Assembly (NCBI GenBank): GCA_050084985.1 | Contig: JBITNC010000002.1 | Location: 32,302,001 to 32,366,000 of the forward strand | DNA length: 64,000 nt | Reading direction: 5' to 3' | Source: Nageia nagi | Lineage: Eukaryota > Plantae > Pinophyta | Shown here: piece by piece, positions 39,501 to 50,329 of the stretch | How the letters are laid out: each line of letters starts with the position of its first letter | Numbering within the stretch: the first letter of the stretch is position 1 | Program-made: the position numbers and the translations under genes | The notes under the pieces: generated by a model | What the model saw: the letters and a program-made list of their open reading frames with translations, nothing else | Databases searched by the model: none | What the model was told of the DNA's origin: nothing

Positions 39501-40607
39501 GGTAAGTGCAAGAGGTTGAGTCCCACTTTGGAGGAAGTCATGGGACTTAGTTTTTTTAGCATGGGGTAGAGATCCTAGTAATGAGATCCTAGTACCCCAA
39601 GATCTTGATCTAGTTTAGGATCCTTGAGCCATATCAAAATCCCATCCATCAAGATCAAAGGGGTGATCAGGATTGTGGTCTTGAAGAGTATAAATGTACA
39701 AAATCATCCTTGAGATCTTGATCACCCTCAAGATCTTGATCCTTAAATTTAAAAATTTTTCCTATCCTTTTTTATGGGAATTAAGTTTAGTGACTTGAAC
39801 CTTGGCTTTGGACCTACAACTTCAAGGTCATAACAATGGCAATGGACTTTACCAACTTAGGGCATGTGTTTGATGATGTTTTTTGAAGATTTTTTTCATG
39901 AAATTTTGTAAGATTATAGATGAGAGAGTGTAGATTCCAAATATACCAATTTTTTTACAATTAAATTAGATTTTTTATTTTTAATATAAATTCTAATAAA
40001 AGAGGATCCATAAACTTCAAAAAATAGGATTTCGTATTTGTTTAATGACTTTTTATTTTTTTTGGAATCATGAAAAATAAAATATATATGCATAATTTGT
40101 ATATAATTCTCCACAAGTTAAAAAATAATTAATTAAAAATGATAATTTTAGGTTTAATCATGCTTGAGGGATGAGCATTTTTTGAAACGATAATTAGGTC
40201 CAATAAAAAATTAATAAAAAAATAATTCATGAAAAAATTACAAAAAAATATCCTCCACAATCTTTAATATCTTAGATATTTTAACCAAATAGATTTAAGA
40301 AAATATTATGATTTATATCCAATTATGCTTGAGGGACACAATGGAGCTATGGTCCTAAAACTATATTTTTTAAACAATGGATTTTAAACATGCCTATCAA
40401 AATTTTATTTCTATGATCTAGGTATTAGAATAAATTACATATTTGAAAACTATACTTTGAGGACTACATTTTTACCAAAATGACTTTTTTCAATATTTGA
40501 ACTTTAAGTGCTTCAAATTTTGAGATTAATTGTGATGAAACCTAACAATTAAGGAAACCACTTCCACTTTTTGGCCAAAAGTGGGACTCATCTTCTTGCA
40601 CTTACTC
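39501..40607. mobile_element. Nested ~1.1-kb non-autonomous DNA transposon with ~28-bp TIRs
   Basis: GTAAGTGCAAGAGGTTGAGTCCCACTTT (39502-39529) pairs with AAAGTGGGACTCATCTTCTTGCACTTAC (40578-40605); TSD not clean. Confidence 0.65.
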
Positions 40608-41035
40608 TATGCAATATTATGTTTTACATATTATATAGGTCTTATGTTGTTGCTATATCTATCTTATGATTATTGTACCTATGTTGGTTGACATTTGGCT
40701 TTGGGATGTAATAGAATTTTGTTCATATCAGTTGTACATTACCATTGTTCATTGGCTTTGGAATCATAGTTGTTAGCATCATCTTTATATATTGGATTTG
40801 GCATCATAGTTGTTAGGTATTTTAGGATATTTCATGAAATGGAGGAATAAAGGTATTAACAAAGTCTAAGCAAAACTTTTGACAAAAAGTTTAGTACATA
40901 AGTGAACTTTTGAGAAAAATTTGCATTTCTTGCATTTTGCTCAAAACTTGCTTACAACAAGCAATGCAAATTTTTTTGTAACATCAACAATTATAATCGA
41001 ATTTCATATAACAACCATGAATAATTGAATATCAT

Positions 41036-41575
41036 TTATAGAGGGTTAATGAAATTGTGTATAACCCAAAATTGGGAAATTCTTTGAAGATATAGAGGGT
41101 TAATTGAACTACATATAATCCAAACTTGGAAAATTCCTCAAACATATAATGGGTAAATTGAACTGCGTATAACCCAAACTTGGAAAATTCTTTGAACATA
41201 TTTGTGTATAACCCAAACTTGAAATTATTTTTGAACATATAAAGTGTTAATTGAACTCTGTATAACCAAAACTTAAAAAATTCTTTGAACATATAAATGA
41301 TTAATTGAATTATGTATAATCCAAACTTAGTTAATTGAACATATAAAGGGTTAATCAAACTACGTATAACCCAAACTTGGTTAATCAAATATATAAAGGG
41401 TTAATCGAACTATGTATAACCCAAACTTGGAAAATTCTTTGAACATATAAAGGGTTAATTGAACTATGTATAACCCAAAATTGGAAAATTCTTTGAATGT
41501 ACAAAGGGTTAATTGAACTACATATAACCCAACTTTGGTTAATTGAACATATAAAGGGTTAATTGAACATATAAA
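41036..41575. repeat. 54-bp tandem repeat with shorter (~43-bp) variants
   Basis: Unit TATAAAGGGTTAATTGAACTATGTATAACCCAAACTTGGAAAATTCTTTGAACA, about 10 copies. Confidence 0.92.
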
Positions 41576-43314
41576 GCATCAAGTTTTATTAACATATTAT
41601 TTACATAGTCTTTTACTTTATCTAAATTCCTAACATGGCCAAGAAGTTTAACCATACATGTATATTATTCCATTATGTGTGTAATACAACAATAATCATT
41701 CATGGATGTGAAGTATTGATAACCCTCCTTAACTAGATCTATGTGGCTACACAAGCATATAATACACTAACTAATGTATCATCATATGGACTAATACTCA
41801 AATATTCATTTGTTAAAAAACTTTAATTATTTCCTTGCTACAAGCATTCCTTGCATATTCTACAATCATTTCATCCCATCAAATTATTTATCCATCATGC
41901 ATCTTGTAAAAAAAATACTTATATTTTTAATGTTTGCACATTTTATAAACATTTCTATCAAGGTTTTTATTACCATTGCATGCAAAAGAAACCCACATCT
42001 ACTTATTTTTCCATGAATGTCCATCGCTCATTTTAAAGTTGTATTTTGTCAAATAATATGATACACATTTGTATACAATTATCACATAGTTTCATATTCA
42101 AAATATAACATATTGCATACAATGACTATCATAGGAAATAGTAAAATATTATACATAACACATTCAAAATACAACACATACAAAATGTAGCATATTACAA
42201 ATGCTACACATTAAAACTAGTACATCATCTCACATAATTTAATGATAATATGATATACCATTATTAGTTAGGTTGTAAAAATAATATTATACATTATAAC
42301 TTCAGAATGTGGAAATTTACCAAAAATAAATGTATATGTCATCAAAACCTTCATTTTTTTTTAGTTATATCTAAATACTTTTTGATAGAAATTTAGATAT
42401 AATATAAAATTTATCCACAAAGCACGTACTAAAAAAAACAAATAAAAATTACTTAAAACATAATAAGTTTGTATTGAACATTCACAAATACAATCGAGAG
42501 TTTCTAGATATATAGCTAATGTATCCATAACATTAAGTTATATATTGATTTATGGATGTATCCAAAATCAGTCAAGATATATAGCCAATCTATACATAAC
42601 ATTCAAAGATATATATTGATATAAATATCCAAACACATACAAAATTTGTATAAATGTATCAAAAATCCATATTCCTTCATAACCACTTTGCCCAAAATTT
42701 CCTTATCAATCTTGTACATCACATAACATTATCAAGGCCATTTAAAAAATATATGTATAATTTATAGCACATAGAATTAATTGAATGAAATCTATCATAC
42801 TAAAAACCTTCTATGACCCATATAACTTCTTACACTTTAGTTCTTTCATTGACTTGAACAAGTATTTCAAGTTCAAGTTCTTCAACCTTGATTAGGATAT
42901 TTGTAAGCCAATCTCTTAACTTGACTCTCTCTTTCATCAATATTTTTATTTCCTCTTTTATTGACTTCAGTTCACCTTCAATGATACAAAATTGCTCCTC
43001 ATTATCCTTATAGCATTTAAATAGAGTATCAAATTGTGTTTTATGGAAATGTTGTAAATATTTTAGACTTAAATTATCTAAATCTATTTCAACATTAGAA
43101 GTTATATGTTTTGATGATCTTTTTCTGGAACACAATGGTTCATCATTCTTCCCCATTTGTAGATATTTGTGTAATTGAGATAAAATGTTTTCAAATACAT
43201 GTGGATATTTTTCACACTGCTAAAAAAATATACTTATTACTAAGTCCTAAAAAATATGTTGCTCTAAAGATCTTGATGATATTTTTATCTTATACATTTC
43301 TAGGAGAAACATGC

Positions 43315-43444
43315 TATGAAGGTAATTGGATGTGCACAAATGTAGTGATTCTAGTCCTCAAACATCCTCATTGTTTAGCTCACTATAATGAGGATGTTTG
43401 AGAACTAGGCTCACTAAACTCTTGCGCATCCAATTGCCTTCATA
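43315..43444. repeat. Fold-back inverted repeat (60-bp arms, 10-nt loop)
   Basis: Arms 43315-43374 and 43385-43444 match at 50 of 60 positions with no indels. Confidence 0.9.
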
Positions 43445-43534
43445 TCTCTCAAAAATTTGTTAAACCTCTCATACCCCATTACAAATTAGCTAAACCAAGA
43501 ACCATATGCTTTAACAAATCAAATAGCCACTCTT

Positions 43535-43925
43535 CTTGTTATGAGTGCCATGGTGAACTTGTATGCAAAATGGATCTATAGAAGAAACTATAGAGCATGT
43601 TAGTACAATCACTTAAATTATAACAACATAACCTTTATATATATTCTACTTATATTCAGAGTATATATATGTAAAATGTGGAAGAAGACATGATGCTCAA
43701 GCATTTTTTGAAAAGATGCATGATGCATCATGGATACATTTTGATAGTATTAAATATTTAAAGTAAATTTTATTTTGATAATATGTTTAATTCATGACTT
43801 CAACATATTATTTTTATGTGTTCTACTTGCATGCAAAATATGGAAGAAAAAATAAGGTCCTATAATTTTGACAATATACATGATGAAAATACAATTTCAT
43901 GGACTAAAATAATCCAAAGAATACC
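43535..43925 (+). pseudogene. Scrambled PPR-motif fragments
   Basis: VMSAMVNLYAK; IYVKCGRRHDAQAFFEKMHD; FDNIHDENTISWTKII resemble PLS PPR motifs. Confidence 0.65.
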
Positions 43926-44235
43926 CTTCAACTACCTTCAATTGATCAACCTTGTAAATAAATATTTGGTATTTAACCTAGCTTGTAGATGTCAATCTTC
44001 ATAGTCTACAAATTATAAAAGTTCTATTGTGAGAATTAAAAAAGTTTCATTTTGAGAAGGATATTTAAGCAATGTACCTTTTGAGCTCTCCATTCATGTT
44101 GTTGGTTATTGGTGTATTGAAGAGATCTAGTGGGCAAGATACAAAGCTCTTCATGGAGCTAGCTCATTCATGGGAGTGAGGGAAAAGCTAAGGCCAAAGA
44201 AAATAAATTTGCCATATGCATTGCACTTATTTCTA

Positions 44236-44313
44236 AAGTATCTAGCTTAGCTTTCAAGGGAGAGTGTATTTCTCTATTGATACACTCTCCCTTGAAAGCC
44301 AAGTTAGATTCTT
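44236..44313. repeat. Fold-back inverted repeat (34-bp arms, 10-nt loop)
   Basis: Perfect 20-bp core GCTTTCAAGGGAGAGTGTAT / ATACACTCTCCCTTGAAAGC; 31 of 34 positions match overall. Confidence 0.9.
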
Positions 44314-44449
44314 CATAATAAGCATAATGCATATGATAAATTCAATTCCTTTGACCTTAACTTCCCTCATTGCACAAGTGTTAGCTCCATGTAGAATTCT
44401 ATATCAAGCGTTAAGGATATTAGTTTTAGATCATGTTCATAGTCTAATT

Positions 44450-44530
44450 CCCTACATATATAAGTTTATGAAGTCAATATGTGGTTTGAAGTAGGATCCT
44501 AGAGCATGGTATGCTAAGAAGGATACATTG

Positions 44531-44532
<2 letters not shown>
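44450..44532 (+). pseudogene. Ty1/copia reverse-transcriptase fragment
   Basis: YIYKFMKSICGLK*DPRAWYAKKD versus the copia motif VCKLKKSLYGLKQAPRAWYxKID. Confidence 0.75.

Positions 44533-44598
<66 letters not shown>
44533..44598. repeat. (TA)33 microsatellite
   Basis: Perfect TA run. Confidence 0.97.
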
Positions 44599-44602
<4 letters not shown>

Positions 44603-45339
44603 CAAACTTGTACATTACTTGTTAGCCATAAGTTAAAGATATTGATAAGCTTATTTTCATTTATTTGTACCTTGGTTGGTCTTAGATGTTGAAACTATTT
44701 GAATTTATTTATAGGACCTAATTTGATAAGAAAAATCAATTCATATGTTGTGAAGTTTGTACCAATGCAAATTAGACTATGAATAGTATTAGTTTTACAT
44801 ACCTAATCTATAATTAATATGTTATGAACTTATTACAAAATGGTACTTTTTTTCTTAATACATTTAATAAAGTACTTTTGAATGAGCTAAGAAACTAGAT
44901 TTTGTAATAGAGATGAAGACTATCTAGCCTCCAAAATAGGATAGGCATGGGTTTTGAATTTTAATTCAAAACCCTATTAAATCAAGATCAATATTGTATT
45001 CTAGATTTTTATCTATTCAATATTATAATTGAATTCAAAATAACTCAAATTTGTTAAATGGGTAACTTATTTTTCTTACTAATACGATGAATTCATAGTG
45101 TTGTAGCTATGTCATTTTAGGGTAAACTCATGTGGAATTTACTTGTATGTTCTATATCAAATTGTGGGTTTAGACAAACCTTAGTTATTAATTAATGAGA
45201 AAAAATCCTAGTTGTTGATTAATGAGTAATTGGTTTATAAATCGTTATATATACATTGCAAATGGACTAAGTAGAATTTTATAACTAAGAAAAAGTTAGA
45301 GCTCAAGGGTTTTAAAACTAACCATTGAGAGATAGAATC

Positions 45340-45500
45340 CAAGCATAAGGATTTGATATGCATAATGTAGATAAAGTTTTATGGACTAAAATTATCGTAA
45401 GATATGCACAAAATGAATACATTGAAAGGGAAGATCAAATTTTTGATGAAATACCCCATCAAAATGTAATCTTATGGAATTCCATGATCATAATAAAAAC
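45340..45500 (+). pseudogene. PPR-motif fragment
   Basis: DMHNVDKVLWTKIIVRYAQNEYIEREDQIFDEIPHQNVILWNSMI. Confidence 0.75.
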
Positions 45501-45547
45501 CCAAGGATATATGTGGATACTCATGGAATGGAAACTAATAAACAAAG

Positions 45548-46615
45548 CTAGGGAATTATAAAAACTACCTAGTATTGAGCTTCACTACATGTTCGAGAGC
45601 TCCTTGTAACTTCCACATCCAAGCATGCATAAAATAATGCAAATGAGAATGATTATCTTTTCATTTAAATAAAAGGGGGTTAATCAAACTTCATTTAACC
45701 TAATAAATATAGTTCAATTAACCTAATAATCCTTTACATGTGTTAAATCTTAAGGGTTTACGATTAATCAAATTACATATAGATTCTAATTGAAGTTCAA
45801 TTAACCTCCACATTAATAGATGTGTGTACAGTGGTTGGCACCCATTCAAATTTGATGTAGGGTGATATATGTATGGGTTAATTGACTTATGTATAAATAA
45901 CATAAATATAGTTTGATTAACCTAGGCTATTAATGATATCCTTGATATACATTCAAGGTGGGGAGCTTGATATAATAGAGGTTAATAAAATATCTTCAAT
46001 GAGTGTAGGATAGCAAATTTGAGGCAAGGTGATATGACATATGGGTTAATCGACCTATGAATAAATCACATAAATATGATTCGATTAACATAGACCATTA
46101 ATGGTATCCTCAATATGTGAGATAGATGTTCAAAGTGGCAAGCCCAAGATCATCAAGGTTAATCAAACATCATTGATACCAGAGGGTTAATCGAGTATCA
46201 TCGATTTCTAGATTAATCAAGCAATGCTTAGTAGGGAATGATCAATCGATAAGGGGGTTAATCAAATGTTAGTTAATCTTGCATAATTAAAAGGCATTAT
46301 GACTAGATTAATTGAATGACATTTTGACAAAGGTTAATCAAATGTTGTATAAGCAAAGGGTTAAATCAAATATTGTAAAGTAGATGGGTTAAATGAAGTT
46401 TGATTAATCTAGGATGGGCATAGGGGGCAATGCCATGCCATGATAGGCATGAACCAAAAACCCATACATATGAAGGGTTAAATGAAGCATGTTTAGTCAA
46501 TGATAATCTCGAAGTTCTATAATCCCCATGTCATGGATCATTAGGTCATACATCCATACTAATGGTACAACATGTCAGAGTATAGGGGAATTATGGAGGC
46601 TAGATAGCCACTACC
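45548..46615 (-). repeat. Right TIR (~1070 bp, with an internal ~170-bp duplication at ~45860-46140)
   Basis: Inverted copy of 33399-34298, ending GATAGCCACTACC before the TSD. Confidence 0.88.
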
Positions 46616-48549
46616 TTCATATATTTATTGATCTTATCATAATGTACCATGATGGTGGTTAATTAAGCTTAAAATTTCCTTCATTGATATTTTTTAAAAT
46701 TTTAAAATTCTTGCATCTATTTGTTGAATGACCTTTTACCTAATAATAAATATTTTACTAAATTAAAAGTGGATAACCATTACATAAATCTTACCATTAC
46801 AATTTTTTTACATGGATCATATTATGTTATATTCAATATTTATTAGTTATCCTTTGAGAATCTTGTATCTTAATAAATTATACTATTTGATACATTTAGT
46901 TGGATTAGAAATTCTATTTAGCAATACTTACATTTATTTTTAAATTTAGTCTTGTGTTAAACATGCTAACAATTATACCTTATTAAAATTGTTTAAGTAG
47001 AGTATTATTAATATTAATGCCCTCATCATGAATTATAGACAACCCTTTATCAAGACTTGATATAGAATATTTTCTCTAATAAACTTATAAATTACTCAAT
47101 ATATATATATGTATATGTATGTATAACCTCCACAAGTTGGAACTTGGGACCTAGCTAATGTATCATTGTTAGGCCCAAGGACCCACTATCTAAAATATAT
47201 TCTTTATGAAATCTATATTGAATACTTTTATATAGTTTAATAAACCTTAAAGTATAGTTATTCATATGTTCATTTAATTTTTATTTGATTACTTAAAAAT
47301 AACTTTAATTCTTCTAACAATATTCCTAATCAAGTAGGTGAGGAGGGTTTACATCAAGTTTTAGAAAATCAAAGATAGTATATTAAAAAGTTCATAAAAC
47401 AAAACATTATCAGAATCAAGAAGGCTTTAAGAAAAAACTTTCTTGAGGAATATCATCATGGGTGAAAGTAATATAATATTGTATGAAGCATAGAATATGT
47501 AACATAAAGTACACTTTCCTTTGAAGATTTGAAACCTTAGCATTTCAAAATTGGATGGGAATGGATAATTGATGATATGTTGGATCAAGGGTGTGATTAT
47601 CTTCTTTAAGTTATTAAGGATTATTTGGATATTATATAAAGGGATACATTTTTATTTAATGGGAGTTGTTAAGTTTGTTGAAATAACTTATAAACCTTTG
47701 AAAATATAGTATTCCTAATATTTCAATACAAATAAGTAACATCTTTGTGTTTGAAAATACAATCCAAAGTTATGATTATAAGGTTTTATATCAAATGAAT
47801 AAAATGGTATAATGAAAATCAAGCATAGTAAAGTCTATTATTTATATAGTTGAAGTATTTTCAAATTATTATGTTTTGAAGTTTAAGCTAAGTTTATGAA
47901 ATTTTATCCTTAGTATGTTATTGGGATACTATTTGAAATAAGTTTTGGTTAAAATAAATATTGATTTATTTTATACTTATAAAATATATCTATATTTCAT
48001 TCATAATGCAATTTATTATCCCTTTTTCAATTGTATTACTAGTATCAAATCTCACCATAAGTATAATGAAAGTTTTTGAGTATGATATCTTGGTGTGATT
48101 ATACACAAATATTAGTAAACTTATACTATTTTTCTATTTGGAAGATGTTTCTTAGTGTATTTTACAAATATGAATTTTGGAATTTTTTAAAGTTATTCCC
48201 AATGACACTATCTTAAAAATAATTGTTATTCATGAATTATAAATATTATATACTTATTTTATTCAAATTGTTAAAGTTTAATAAAGAATATTTAAATTGT
48301 TGGTCATTCTTGCATTACTCTCATTGTTGATCTTATGATTATGTTACTATAGTCAATATAAATCATTAGGTGCAATATTCAATTGAGCTCAAAAGGATTA
48401 AGTTTGAATCTTATGCATGTTAATGAGCCTTTTTTTGAAGGATATATATAATAAATTAAATAATATTGTTAAGATTAAATAGTATGGTATGCTATTGCAA
48501 ACATTTAACTATTGATTATTTCTTTATCCTTTAATCTAATATTAAGGAG

Positions 48550-49950
48550 GTTCACCAATGGTTTATGAAATCTTTTATTGCTTCATTGAATTTAAAAGGC
48601 TTTCGACTTAGTCCCTAGACTTCTTCTCTAGGGACTTTACAATATTGGTATATTAGTCATCATTAGGTTACATAAGATAGTGGTCACCCTATTTTATACC
48701 CCTCATAGCCTCTCTTTAACTCTATTAAGAGTACCATTGAGGTTAAATAGGGTAATCCCCTCTCATTCACTCTCCTTGACATATATATTAAAAAGTTTAA
48801 GGATTTACTTTAGTACCATACTCATGCAAAAGATGATTATTTTATTTATAATATGAGATTACTATTATTTTTCACTAAGGATTTAATTCTCCTCTCCCAC
48901 TTTTTCAATGGCTTATAGAGATAACTAGAAGCTCTTGATCAATTTTATGATACTTGATAACTTATTATTAACCTCAACAAAATAAGGGCCATAATTTTTA
49001 ACAATTTCATAGATGATACCTCTTAAGTTCTATTTTTTTTATAAGGGATAACTTATGGATATCACCACCTCTTATACTTACTTAGGGTTTCTATTTTTTT
49101 ACCTTTCAATTTGATACCAACCTCTCTCTTGCATCTTTTCAAGGATTATGCTTCCCTCTCCATTTTGGAATATCATTATTTTTAAGCCTATTTTCTAGAA
49201 TATTCCTTCAATGCTATTATTTGATCCACTATCATGTATGGGTCTAATTTTTTGATGTCTAATTTACAATTAATTGATTGGGATCTCTTTAAGCATATTC
49301 AAACTTTGATTCTTTGATATCTTTATAAAATGAATGGTCCCTCAGTGCATTATCTAGACTAAGCTCGGAATTCTACCCCTTCATCTTAAATACATCTTTT
49401 AGATCACCCTTCATATTTATAGAAACAAATTTATGGGGATATCCACCTTTGGTTGTGAGATATTTATTTATATCCCTTTTCTCCTCCAAGGATATCGTCT
49501 CTTCAGGATTATCTAGATGTCAATGATGCTAGTTCTCTTAGAGATATTTTCTCCTCTAATATGTTAATTTTCTATTGATGATTTTTCTCCATTTAAAGAT
49601 ACTTTGATTGATCCCCCTTCAATCTTATCCTTTGAAGGAGAGAGACTCATAGATTACTTTTAAGTTAACGTTTACCAATAGTACATTCTAGTAACAGAGT
49701 TATCGATCTTCACCACTTAGCCCTAAGTTGGCCTTTTATATTGAGCACTTTCTTCATGTAGTTGATGGTACCAAGTCATTAGTCACATGGATTAAGGATT
49801 CCTCTTGGTAAGATAAGGGTATGTTTCGATCAACTCCATATTCAATCTAACCACCATATCCTACACAAGGATTTCATTTGTAATATTTGCTACATTAGGA
49901 AAATAGAATTTGAGGAACACTTTTCTTCAAATTACCTATTTTCTATAATA
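48550..49950 (-). mobile_element. Highly decayed LINE remnant (endonuclease region)
   Basis: Minus-strand NYGPYF, GDHY and KPFKFN motifs in the order expected for an L1 AP-endonuclease; very degenerate. Confidence 0.45.
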
Positions 49951-50329
49951 TTTGAATGAGATTTCATAACCTATATAAAATACAAATTAATATTATCTTC
50001 CAAAAATGATGGTTCTCATATTATAATTAAAAAATATAACTAGCATATCCGAACATAATCTTAATACATAAATATATAAATGAAATCATATATCTAAAAA
50101 CATCTAAAATATAAGATAAAAACATATTCGTTCATATATCTAAAAACATTTAATACACAAAAATAATTATTTTTATAGATCTACAAAATTAAATACCAAT
50201 TTTAATCTCCAAAATTATTTTAAAATCAAGTACCGTTCATAACTACAGTACTACTGTTAGTATTATCGATTAAATTCAATACTTATATATTTATGTGTCG
50301 TTGAAAAGTAATGCTAATAAATTTAGTAA

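Larger units (their letters stand above)
33399..46615. mobile_element. Mutator-like non-autonomous element with captured gene fragments (Pack-MULE-like), 13.2 kb
   Basis: Long inverted termini starting GG...CTATCTAGCC; exact 9-bp TSD TTCATATAT at 33390-33398 and 46616-46624; no recognisable transposase inside. Confidence 0.9.

Noticed and set aside
39493-40616. TSD for the nested 1.1-kb TIR element
   Set aside because: Flanks TATGTATA and TATGCAAT agree only partly, so no superfamily was assigned.
41032-41388. 118-aa repetitive ORF and CRISPR-like periodicity
   Set aside because: Product of a 54-bp head-to-tail repeat; no unique spacers, no cas genes, eukaryotic context.
42830-43156. 108-aa coiled-coil-like ORF inside the MULE
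   Set aside because: May be a cargo or accessory gene remnant, but I cannot assign any family from the sequence.
44910-44935. Extra copy of the TIR terminal motif GACTATCTAGCCTCC
   Set aside because: Similarity is only ~20 bp and its flank does not match the TSD, so it does not define an alternative element end.
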